Shown here one piece after another: positions 23,809-34,299 of a stretch of 44,899 nucleotides of DNA. The stretch is taken from positions 1 through 44,899 of the forward strand of contig FLMG01001401.1 in NCBI GenBank assembly GCA_900088475.1, read 5' to 3'. The notes beneath the pieces are model-generated. The model had not been told where the DNA came from and ran no database searches. It was given only the letters and a program-made list of their open reading frames with translations. Made by a program: the position numbers and the translations under genes. Within the stretch, counting starts at the first letter, position 1. Each line of letters begins with the position of its first letter. The DNA comes from Hyphochytrium catenoides (taxonomy: Eukaryota > Protista > Hyphochytriomycota).

Positions 23809-24071
23809 TGCCCAGCAGGTGTAGGGCTGAGGATGTCTTGTCTCTTTGGTGATAATTTGAGTCTGACACACTGACTCTGCGCAGTGGGAGAGACAAGGAC
23901 TTTGTAGTGGAGGGGCAAGGACGATCCCGAGTTCTACAGGTCCCTGTCCTGTGAGAAAGGAAAAGAGCCGGCAAGAAGGGGGAGTAGTGTGGGCTCTGAT
24001 CTCCCTCCCTCTCTCTCCCCCTCTCTCTCTCGGTCTCTCTCTCTCGGTCTCTTTCTCTCTCTCTCTCTCTC

Positions 24072-24111
24072 NNNNNNNNNNNNNNNNNNNNNNNNNNNNN
24101 NNNNNNNNNNN
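24072..24111. other. Assembly gap (40 N) inside a (CT)n tract
   Basis: N run flanked by CT repeats. Confidence 0.99.
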
Positions 24112-25009
24112 CTCTCTCTCTCTCTCTCTCGCGGTCTCTCTCTCTCTCTCTCTGAGTTCTCTAATTGAACGTTTGGAGCACCAATCTAAGTCATTGCAGA
24201 ATAGTCCAGCATATAATCGTTCTTATGGTGAATTCGTCAAATCTAAACGCAGCTAATCCTAGATATCCAGGGAGCGGTTAACGCTCAGACTTTTGTTAAG
24301 ATTGTCGATTGGTTTGGTGTCTGTCTCTATTTATCTCTCTCGCGCTCCCTCTTCTCTGCCTTACTCTTTCACGCTTATCACCACCAGCATAAAATAGAGA
24401 AGAAGACAGCGAGCGATGGAGACGACAAGCTGAGCGGCTCGGCTCGCGCCCCTCCCTCCTCCTATTATTTACTTCCGCTTAGGATGGAAGAGTACGCTCA
24501 TTATTTGCATCCCCGCCGGCATCAACTGAGTTTATTATTGGTGCTTTGACAAGACCGCCAGGCCTTGCCCAAGACTACTAGCGCCTAAGGTGAACCCATG
24601 ATGCAGGAGTTAAGTCACGATTGGGGCTGCACATTATCACAGAGTAGCTGGTTCGCTCAAACATAAGCATGAGGAAAGACATGACACAGAAGGGCCCGGG
24701 TGAGGAATTTGCACTGAACAGAATGGGGGCGTCTTATTAGCTGCTTCTGGAGCGGCGGCAAACATTGACGATAAGGTTGACCATCATCGGCACCATCATC
24801 CATAATTCATGGGCATACTCGACATCTGTGTGACTCAACGAGTCATCCAGCACATTATATTGTGTACTTCCCTTCGTCCCTTTCATTTGACCTCTCTGAA
24901 AAGTGTCTAGCGCTGATTTTGAATGGTAAAGAAGGTGAGCAGAGCAAGTCCTTGGAGAGAAGTCCTTGGAGGGTAGATTTAGGTGCTCCTGAAGACCTTT
25001 CCCAGCTCT

Positions 25010-25342
25010 TTAACCGACAGTTGGATCAGAGAAAACAACTGCTCTCAGTGCACCGGCTGAACACCCAGCCAGGGCAACCCTCGACCCCAGCAAAGCGCAG
25101 AGCGCTTGAGGAAGCGCATCTAAATCATGAAGGCAACGATGTGGAGAAAGGGCGTGAGTAGCGAGCTGACACTGAGGTCTAAAGAACGCCATCAATCCTT
25201 TCTGCTCTAGCAGCAGCTTGATGCGGGCGAGCAGAGGGCCAAGAAGCTCTGCTTCCTGCGTCCAAGAAAGGTCGTTACAGGCACGAAAGAAGATCGTTAG
25301 CGGCTCTTCGGAATCAAGTGCGGTCGCTGGAAACCTTTCCAT
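25010..25342 (-). CDS. Hypothetical 110-aa ORF divergent from the UFD1-like gene
   Basis: ATG-initiated, non-repetitive and helical-looking (MERFPATALDSEEPLTIFFRACNDLSWTQEAELLGPLLARIKLLLEQKG). No family recognised. Confidence 0.25.
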   Translation of the reverse strand: MERFPATALDSEEPLTIFFRACNDLSWTQEAELLGPLLARIKLLLEQKGLMAFFRPQCQLATHALSPHRCLHDLDALPQALCALLGSRVALAGCSAGALRAVVFSDPTVG

Positions 25343-25792
25343 ATATTCAGTTGAATATGATTGAAATATTTCACATGGCTATATCCTACTCAGGGTTGTG
25401 GGGAAATAATTCATTGGATTGCCAAGCGAAGCTGAAAGAGCTCAATGGAAAGTTTAGAAGCTGACAAAAAAGCTCAGAAATTGATGACATTCAGAGATCG
25501 CGGAGATCTGGCAGAGCTCCGTTGATCGCCGTCCACATCGCGACCCGACCATTATCTCCTCACGCAGATCAGGAAGCTGCAAGGGCAAGCCTCTTATTCG
25601 CTGAAGTATATTGCCGACGTACTGTGGTCTGTAACAGGGACGACGCGCTTGTCAGCTCCAGCAACCAGCCACGACATCGAGTGATCTTGAAGAGTCAACC
25701 TCTTTCTAGTCTACCTGCAGATTCACAAGTGAGCCTCCCAGAAGCTTGTATGTTCCAAGTGAGGACAGACCCCTGTCCGGGACCACGGTGCC

Positions 25793-28700
25793 ATGGACTT
25801 TGATCTTAACCGAAGGACAGGCAACTTCTTGAAGGAGCAAGAGAGAAGGAAGCAGGAGGCTAAGCGGAAGCTTGAAAAGGAGAAGGCAGCGAGAGAGCGG
25901 GCGGCAAACGCTGCAGCAGAGCTTGCGGAGCGACAGAAACAACTCAGACTGCAGCGGTTAAAAGAGCTAGAAGAGGTGTGGCGGACTTCTCTCGCCATCC
26001 CAAGCCTATATACTTACTATCGCGCCCGCTATCATGAGCCTAGCCCGATTCTCCTTCTTTGCTACCTCCTGCAGTCTTCCTATTTCCTGAGCGGCTGAGA
26101 GCGATAATGCAGCTTTCTCACTTAGTGCCGCTTAATTTAGGCGGAGGAGCGTCGGCTTGAAGAGGAGCGAATAACTGGAGGCATCAGATATAGCCAGATC
26201 CTTCGCCCTGTGCCGTCTGAAGACACAGGTTCCTGTCCACTATTCCTTGCTATAAGCCGTCACTCTCCCTTGAATGTATTCCCAGCTTGCCCTACTTCCG
26301 TCAGTCTGCTTGATCATAAGTATATTCTGAATTTCTGGCCTGCTTCACCGCATTGTCTAAGAGCTTCTACGGCCATTTGGCAATCAGTGCTGGCTCCTCA
26401 AACGTGTATATCTTCTTCTCCTTGCACCCCTCTCACCTGCGGTGCCTTATGTAAAAAAGGGGACAAGGTTACTCTTCCCGTATCGGCTCTAGAAGAATTA
26501 AATCCCCAGGATGCCATCAGCGCTGGCATCGTCCTCACCTTTGAGCTCACATCAAAGAGAAGTGGAAAGATGACGCACTGTGGCGTTAAAGAGTTCACTG
26601 CTGAAGAGGGGACAATCGGTAAGAAATGCCTTTGTCCCTTCCAGTTCCTCTTGTGTTGCGTCGAGTCTTTTTTATTCTGTCAGTTTGTGCGGCAGTACCT
26701 CTCAGCCCTATTGGAGCTCTTCTCAGTGGTCCTTTTACTTTTCCATCAGTCACCTCCTGCTCTGAGATCTATCCATCTTCAGGCGGTGTTAGTCCTATCG
26801 ACCCACCAGCCTCGCCCAAGTCTCATTTTTCTTTTCTGTATCTTGCGTATGGCGGTTTCCTAGGTATACCTCCTAAAGTAGCGCGATCGCTCTGCTCCTT
26901 CGGACAGAGTATCGAAAGCGCGATGAACGAAGGCCTCCACGTCAAGTATATCAGGATGCCAAAAGGAACTTTTGCCAGGATTCAACCACTTGGTGAAGGC
27001 TTTCAAGAGCATGATATAGATCTAAAGCCCATGCTCGAGAGGGTGCTCAGGGTAAGGACAAGAGCTTGAACAAGAGGAAAGCAGAAAACGAGGGACGAAG
27101 AGACTTATAGGCAGAAAATGGCATAAGAATGCACCGGACGGGGCTGCAGACTAAGATTGGTGGAATCTAGAAGAGGGTCTGCTTACGAGATAATGGGAAA
27201 GGGAAGCCTGTGTTAACAGCATGACAGACAAGGCTACATACCTATGTTGCCTCTGCGGTCCCTTCTCGCCTTCAATCCCTGCAATGCGCTTCTCTGGGTC
27301 CTCACTCTAGTTTCCTTCCTGTCATTGGTGCTTGACAGTCCGGTAAACAACTAATCTTTCCATGCTTACGGTGTGCAGACACACACGACACTGAGTGAGG
27401 GAGATATTCTCCTTGTCCGGCATAAAGGAAGGACCTTTGAACTAGGGGTGCGAGAGCTTCAGCCAGAGAGTCGCGTAGTGGTCATCAACACAGACCTGGA
27501 AGTGGAAGTGATGGTGTCAGAGGCTGCAGAAAGATATCAGGAGGAGGAAAGAAGAAAGAAAGAGAAAGAGGCTGCCGCTCTGAAGGTATTTCGGTCAGAC
27601 CTAAGCCCTTTCCGCTCTATTAAATTTCTCTCTTGTCCTCCGTGCCATCTGGCCCTCTGGTGTTCTTATCTGTCCCTCTACTTCTTTCACTCTTTTACTT
27701 CTTTCACTCTTCTACTTCTTTTCGCTTCCCTCTCATCCACTGCCTTGTCTTGGCTTCCGTGCTGTTTAGGCCGAGGAGGACAGAAGAAAAGCTGTTGAGG
27801 AGAATAGAGCAAGAAAGCGGGAGCTTATAGCGTCAGAGAGTCCAAAGCAGGTCAGGTCCTGCTTCTTTTTGTTACTTACTAGCTATGCCCTGAAGTGGCG
27901 TACATATTATCACTGCCAGCGCTCCTTTCGCTCTCCTTCTTGCTCACTGACTTGCTCCCTCCTTAGCTTTCTACCTCTGATATTCTTACCCCTCTTGGCT
28001 TCTACAGACGGAAAGTGAGCCAGGAAATATTATTAGCATCCATGTTAGACTGCCTTCGGGACATTCGATAGGGCGAGACTTCTCACTCGACAGCAGACTG
28101 CAGGTATGTCGGAAGCCATAACTGGATAGCTTTGTTCTTGTTTAACCTGAATTCTCTCTGCTGCGGATAGACCTTGATTCCTTCTTGTGCGTGGCACACT
28201 CTCTCTTTCTCGGTCGCGCTCTCTTTCCCTGCCCCTCTCTTTCTCTGTTTATCTTTCGAAGTGCTCTTTCTCCCTATGTCTCTCTGTCTGCGTCTCTCTC
28301 TACTATGTTCTTGTACCATTCTCCCGGCCCAACCAACTCCGTTGCCGGAATGTTTCTTGCCTCCCTACAGACACTTTTTGACCTGGTAGAGGCAGAGAGT
28401 AATCTTGACATCTTGCCTGGAGAGTTTCAGTTATCCACCAGATTTCCTAGGAGAGTACTAAGCGGTCCGTAGAGCCTTTCTTTGCTCGCTCCACCCGCTC
28501 CTATCTTTGTATTCAGCTGATCACGCCCCGTATCTCCGCATTCCCTCTGATATTGGCGTCTTTTCTCATCTTCCTGGCCCCCTCTTACTCGGTCTTTTCC
28601 TGCATCGCTCCATGTTTCGCGGTCTTTCTAACCTTGAGGCTAAACCTTTTTCCGGTACATTCATCAGCGACTGAAGCGGAAAGAAGGTTGGCAGATATTG

Positions 28701-29558
28701 GGTTTTCAAGTAAGAAGGAGGCCCTGTTCTTCGAGAGAGTCACCAGCCCAGAAAGCTTTAATGTTGATATGGGACACGTAGACGTAGAGGAGAAAGAGAA
28801 GGCCCCTGCTCCTTCACTACCTTCGCCTCCACGTCCTAAGGAACCCTCCCGATGGCATGAAGCTGAGATGAGGGCCATGGCGGCAATGGACAAGGTACTG
28901 ACGACTGTGGGCCTTACGCTGCTGAATGCTTTACAACCTTCGCTGTGGCCGTACTGACAGTTTAGATCTCTTTGTCTTCTCGCCTGCGCGGTTGGACATC
29001 ACAGTCCTGTTTGGATTGGGTTATATTCTGCTATACCAACCTTAGGCGATCTTTTCAGCTCTCTGACTTATTTGCAGACCTCTCAGCTGTTTCACATTCG
29101 CTCAGGCCGTAGGATTCCTAGGCACTAACCATCCTTGATGCTTGCAGCAGCTGTTGGCAGAAGAAGAGTCAAGGCCAATTCATGCGGTAGAGAAGACTCT
29201 CCCGGTCCGTAGAGATGTATCTGACCCGTCAGAAAGATGGAGAGAACAGTTGAAGGAGCTTGAGGAGATGGTAAGACTAGAAGACTACTCCTGCAGCTGT
29301 CTTATCATAGACATTGAGTTAGAGCCGTACCCCTTGTCGCTTCTGCGTCTAAAAAGTCCTGTCTTCTTGCTTCCCTCGCCTTAACCCCTTACTGCCATGG
29401 CACTCACCCCGTTGTCTCCCCTCCTCTCTCAATATCCTTTCCTTCTGTACCAGGGCTTTCCTAACACAGCGCTTAATATTCAGCTGCTGGAGAGATATCA
29501 AGGAAGATTATTACGTGTGGTCAACTATCTCTCAGAGATGGAGGAGGAAGCAAGTTGA
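25793..29558 (+). CDS. UFD1-domain + UBX + UBA protein, ~516 aa; exons 25793-25975, 26141-26228, 26460-26618, 26864-27051, 27379-27585, 27770-27850, 28008-28103, 28371-28464, 28668-28894, 29148-29270, 29454-29558
   Basis: UFD1 (UT3) motifs GDKVTLPVSALEEL, THCGVKEFTAEEG, MPKGTFARIQP, TTLSEGDI, VINTDLEVE. UBX motifs ISIHVRLPSG...RDF...LFDLV...FQLSTRFPRRVL...LADIGF. UBA motif QLKELEEMGF.NTALNIQLLERYQGRLLRVVNYL. All junctions are GT-AG and in phase. Confidence 0.88.
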
Positions 29559-29720
29559 GTTGATTGGCCCGAGATTTTCAAATAAATATGTTACTATTAG
29601 CCCTGAGACACGTGAGAGAGGGGAGATCTCCCACGTCTATGGCAGGGAGAGAGACAACAGAAGAAAAGAAGGAAGGGCGCATCTTCTCTATCTCTCTCCT
29701 TCTCCTTTCCATCCTACTCG

Positions 29721-31115
29721 CTAAATTTCCATGGATTCGGCCATAGACAGCCGGAGCCCGGCCGTACCTAACGGACCGGGCAGCTCATCATCGACGATGA
29801 ATTCTGAGCCTGTTCCGTCCGTGGTTGGCGCCTCTGCTGCCTCTAGCTCTAATGCTCTTTCTCCCCGTCCTGCGGTTCCTCCTCCGCCTCCTCCTCTCAT
29901 GAAGAGCTCGGTATCGATATCAATCGTCTGTTGGCTGTCAATTCGAGAATAAGGTTGCAGCTCTACCCTTTCCGCTCCCGATAAGGAGTTCACTGTAGAT
30001 GAGCGACTCTTCAGCTCTCGAATCTTATCCTCGAGGGTTACCGAGGAGGTAGAAGAAGGAGCGATGGCCCTCATCACAGCGGAGCCTCTATAGCTCACCC
30101 CTAATCCTTCTCCTGCACTGGGCCCCCGCTCTCTATGAGACAGTTCCTCTCCTTCCTCTCTGGCACTGTCCGCTGGGCCTCCTCCTTGCAGCTGGCGATA
30201 GTGCCCACTAGGCGTGGAAGGAATGGTTGGAGAAGAGAAGCGCAGATCTTTATCGTCGTCTCTCTCCTGCATGGTGAGAGCCAGAAGCAACTCTCCTCCT
30301 CCCGCCGCGCCTCCAATCGTCCCTGCGCGTGTTATCTCCTTACTGCTGCTGGTGTTCTCCGGCAAGGTCTCTCCTCTTCCTCCCCCTTCTCCTCTCTTCG
30401 CGGACCGCTTAGATGACCGTTTGCGGAGAAAAAGGAGAAGGAGCAGGACAAGGACCAGCGTCCCAAGGACACTAACGGCTATGATACTGACAATTGCACC
30501 CTGTCCAAGGCCGCCTCCGCTATCATCTTTCTTGCTCGGATCTGCTACCTGTCCAGGCACATCACTGGGGTTGGCCACCGTGGGAGAGGGAGAAGACGAG
30601 GATGGAGAAGAAGGAGACGGATCTGCTGGAGAGGAAGGAGAGAGAACAGGTGGAGTGGGAGGAACAGCCGGACGAGAAGGAGGAGAGGTAGGAGCCGGAT
30701 GAGGAGACGGAGGAGGAGAAGTAGATGAAGGTGTGGGCGGTACCTGTGAAGGAGAAGGAGAGGACGTAGGGGGCGGAGTCGGCTGTGGCGTCGGCTCCAC
30801 CGTTGGGGCAGGAGAGGGAGGAGGAGGAGAAGGAGGTGATGGCGTTGGAGACGGAGATGGGAGGGTTGTCGTCGGAGCAGGGGTAGGGGAAGGGGACGGA
30901 AGAGTGGCTCTATAGCAGTCCGTGATAATGCCCTGGTTCGGACCGCCGAAGAGATTGTCGCAGCTTCCTTCCTTATAAGCCCAGCAGCTGTAGCGAGGGG
31001 CTGAGACATCAGTAGAAGGAGAGTACTCGCGGCAAGGAGGACAGGAGAGACCATCACAGGTTGTCCCTCCTACCAGGCGGCAGGAGGCGTAGCAGTCAAT
31101 GGGGAGAGAAGCCAT
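29721..31115 (-). CDS. Single-pass membrane protein, 464 aa: 8-Cys N-terminal module, Pro/Ser/Thr mucin-like stalk, TM helix, disordered cytoplasmic tail
   Basis: Long ORF with Cys at residues 8, 12, 20, 25, 28, 44, 52 and 67. PSPSPT repeats follow, then TM AIVSIIAVSVLGTLVLVLLLLLFL and a basic RKRSSKRSAKR stretch. Confidence 0.85.
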   Translation of the reverse strand: MASLPIDCYASCRLVGGTTCDGLSCPPCREYSPSTDVSAPRYSCWAYKEGSCDNLFGGPNQGIITDCYRATLPSPSPTPAPTTTLPSPSPTPSPPSPPPPSPAPTVEPTPQPTPPPTSSPSPSQVPPTPSSTSPPPSPHPAPTSPPSRPAVPPTPPVLSPSSPADPSPSSPSSSSPSPTVANPSDVPGQVADPSKKDDSGGGLGQGAIVSIIAVSVLGTLVLVLLLLLFLRKRSSKRSAKRGEGGGRGETLPENTSSSKEITRAGTIGGAAGGGELLLALTMQERDDDKDLRFSSPTIPSTPSGHYRQLQGGGPADSAREEGEELSHRERGPSAGEGLGVSYRGSAVMRAIAPSSTSSVTLEDKIRELKSRSSTVNSLSGAERVELQPYSRIDSQQTIDIDTELFMRGGGGGGTAGRGERALELEAAEAPTTDGTGSEFIVDDELPGPLGTAGLRLSMAESMEI

Positions 31116-32192
31116 AAGATTTTCCAGTTTCCCTGGTCTTTGTCTCTTGTCCGGCCTATCTCTCTGCTGTCTTTGGCCTTGGAGAATGTGACGTACTTGC
31201 CTCTTTCTTTCTTTGCCCTAGCTCCGTTGAGTCTCTTCTTTCTCTTTTGTCTCCTTCTTCCTCTCCACCTGGCTCTCTTTCCTTTGGCTAAGAGAAAGCA
31301 AAGCAGCAGAGGAAGAAGCTTGCCTCCTTGACTCAGAAAACGAAAGAGAAGAGAGCCTGTCGCTCGCTCTCTTGATCCCTATCTAACGAGGGCTGGTCCC
31401 TACGTTGGGCTCAATGGTCGGGGATCCTCTGTGACTCTCGTAGGCTGGGAGGAACAGTAACAGAAGCGCATCATCTGCCCCGCCGATGGCGATGGCCTCC
31501 GTCTTCTCTGCTGTCTTCAAGCTCTATTTTTCCGGAAAAGCTGCAAAAGAAAGAAAGAGACAATTGAGAGGAGGAAGAGTGAGAAGAAAGAGAAAAAAGA
31601 AGAGAAAACGGAATGGGCGTCAATGGAGTGCAGATCAGCGTCGCCTGTCTCTCTTCTTCTCTCTTCTCCTCCTTCCCTTGTCTCTCTCTCTCTCCTTTTG
31701 GTGTCTGTCTCTCTCCTCTTTTCTCTCTTACTCTTGGCTGGCTGTCCGCCTTTAGAGAGTGGCACAACTATCTCTTCCTACGAGTGCCTTACCTTCTTCT
31801 TCAAAGCTGTCTTCTGTATGGCGGATGGCTTGCTTTATAAGCAAGCGAGAAGCAAGAGAGAGGAAGAGACTTGGAGAGAGGAGACAGAGGGACGTTGTAC
31901 AGAGAGGAGAACTGAGTGAGTGAGGGGAAGAGGTAGGAGAAAGAGAGAGAGAGAAAAGAAGAGGGAAGACAGAGGATGGTCGAGGTACCTGAACGACGCA
32001 AAGAGAAGCGTGACTCCTTACTTCTGGTCTGCGGCTCAGGAAGACAAAAAGAGCGAGGAAGAGGCGGGCGAGTTGAACTGGTGAGGGAGGAGGAATGGCC
32101 GAGTTTCCCGAGGTCTTATGAAAGAAGACTGCAACTGCCTGTCTTCCAGCAGCTGATGATGGAGAGAGAAAGACTTGGACAAGCAGCTGCTA

Positions 32193-32322
32193 GACATAGA
32201 GAGGAAAGAGAGGGAAAGAAGAAGAGGGAAATGAAGAGAGAGGAATGACCTCCAAAATGACATAGAGAGGAAAGAGAGGGAAAGAAGAAGAGGGAAATGA
32301 AGAGAGAGGAATGACCTCCAAA
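32193..32322. repeat. Perfect tandem duplication, 64 identical nt at a 66-nt period
   Basis: gacatagagaggaaagagagggaaagaagaagagggaaatgaagagagaggaatgacctccaaa begins at 32193 and again at 32259. Confidence 0.9.
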
Positions 32323-32530
32323 GAGAGAAGGAACAGAAGAAGAGTGAGAGATCTTAGGGAAGACGGGGCAAAGGGATGATCGAGAGAGCTTGGAGGAGAT
32401 CTTTGTAATTAGGAGAGACGAGCTGCACTGCCCTCTCAGCGTCAGAAAGACTGTTGGATGGAAGAAGAGAGAGAGAGGGGCGACGAGGTAAAGAAGAGAG
32501 CCAAACTTGTCAAGGAACAGTTAGGGAAAA

Positions 32531-32577
<47 letters not shown>

Positions 32578-34265
32578 GAGCGTGTGTCATCATGTCATCA
32601 TCATTGAAGCTGCACAATGAGGACTTTGCCAATAATAATTGGGGACGAGGGAAGTCTGATGATGGCAGAAAAACACAGTGCCCTGTGCACAAGACCACTC
32701 AAGATAGGAGAGAGACCGAAACCACCTCTCTTTCTCTCTCTTCTCTCTCTCCCCTCCTCTTCTTACTTCCTCATCATCTCTAAGAGGAAGAAGGAAGTGG
32801 GGAGAGAAGAGAGAGAGAGACCAGCATCATCATAGAAGTACTAAGAGTTCAGGACGATGCTTCTCTTGTTTCCTCTTTTCTCTCTCTTGTGAGCCGTCAT
32901 GAGCCCGCCATGTCCATTGCAGAATATTTTGCTCTTGCCCTCTCTCTTTTCTCTCTCTTCGTTCTCTCTTCTTCTCTCTTTTCTCTCTCTTCGTTCTCTC
33001 TGCTCTCTCTTTTCTCTCTCTTTTCTCTCTCTTCGCCGTTCTCTCTTCTCTCTTTTCTTTCTTTTCTCTCTTCTCTCTCTCTCCCCTCTTTCTCTCTACT
33101 TTTTATCTGGTCTGCCTTGCTGCTGAAAGAAGGTGGCCCTTGTCTCTCATGAAAGCTCTCTCTAGCTTTATGGCTTAAGTTCAGTCACTCTGTCTCAACG
33201 GGTAGTCCCAGCACTCTTCGCTGTTGCACTGTACCATGGTGCTAATCATCTCTGTTAGGCTCTGTCTGGCACGTGGAACCATCTATTTAGGCCAGATGTA
33301 TAGGGGTCTGAGGCTATTTATCCATTCTGTCTCGTGTCAAGAGCAGCCCTTTCGAATGCTCTGTCTGCCACGATGGTTTACGACCTTCCATCATTAGGTC
33401 ATCCTTTGCTATATCTATTCCATAATCTTCTTCTCCTTGCCATACAGCTCTTGGCTTTATCGTAATACTTTAAGCCTCATTCTGTCTCTCTTTCATGGCG
33501 TTTGTCTCTCGCTCCTCGCCACTCTGTCTCGCAGAGGTAGAGGGACGAAGAGGACCAGCTGACTTCTCTTCCTGCCTGTTCACTATCAACTGATCCCCTT
33601 TTTGTACCTTCTCGTGCCTTTCTTCGTACCTTACCTCCTATAATAATATGCCAAAGGCCAAACCTTTCAGTGAGCCATCCTATGTGCTTTCAAGAGAGTA
33701 GTAAGATCCCCTCCCACAGGCCTGTAATACGGCATTTTCTGAGGGGGTCACCCGCAGCCTGGTGGTGCGGGGCCACCTCCCTCACTGTGCCAAGACAGAG
33801 GTAGCAGCTAGATACTTTATGGTACGATCAATTCTATCCTGATACATAGTAGAATGCTACCAGGCTCGGGCATACAGACTACGTTGAGAGATGTCCTGGA
33901 CTCATTAGCCTGTCCCCCATCTGGGTCCACCGGTGGTACAAACCTCTTGACGTAACTGGTCCTTCTTCTTCCTAGGAGTACCTAAGAATATTCCGATTTG
34001 TAGATGGCTCAATGAATTAAATAAGGTTTCTGGCCTGATCTTAAGCCGCCGTGAGAATGCGACAATGGGGGGACCTGCATCCATCTGTCCAACTACCACA
34101 AGCTTCTGCTTCTCTGTGTTTGGACGGAGAGTAGAAGTTAGTCTTAGGGTTATTGGGGACCATGTGAATGTGTGTTTGAGGACTATACTCTAACCGGGAA
34201 TAGTCACATCCTAACTTCTTGTACCTTCCATCTTGCTTTCTCTCTCTCTCTCTCTCTCTCTCTCG

Positions 34266-34299
<34 letters not shown>

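Noticed and set aside
25793-29558. SELMA (periplastid) Ufd1
   Set aside because: The N-terminus is a charged coiled coil with no bipartite signal.
32193-32322. CRISPR-like or terminal repeat of a mobile element
   Set aside because: Only two adjacent copies with no spacer or transposase. A simple tandem duplication or assembly slip is more likely.
33195-33220. GTAGTCCCAGCACTC resembling the SRP RNA Alu domain
   Set aside because: Isolated short match with no helix-8 motif or long SRP stem found nearby.
33750-33810. HDV-like ribozyme (CACCTCCCTCAC..GTG)
   Set aside because: The P1 and P1.1 pairings cannot be formed.
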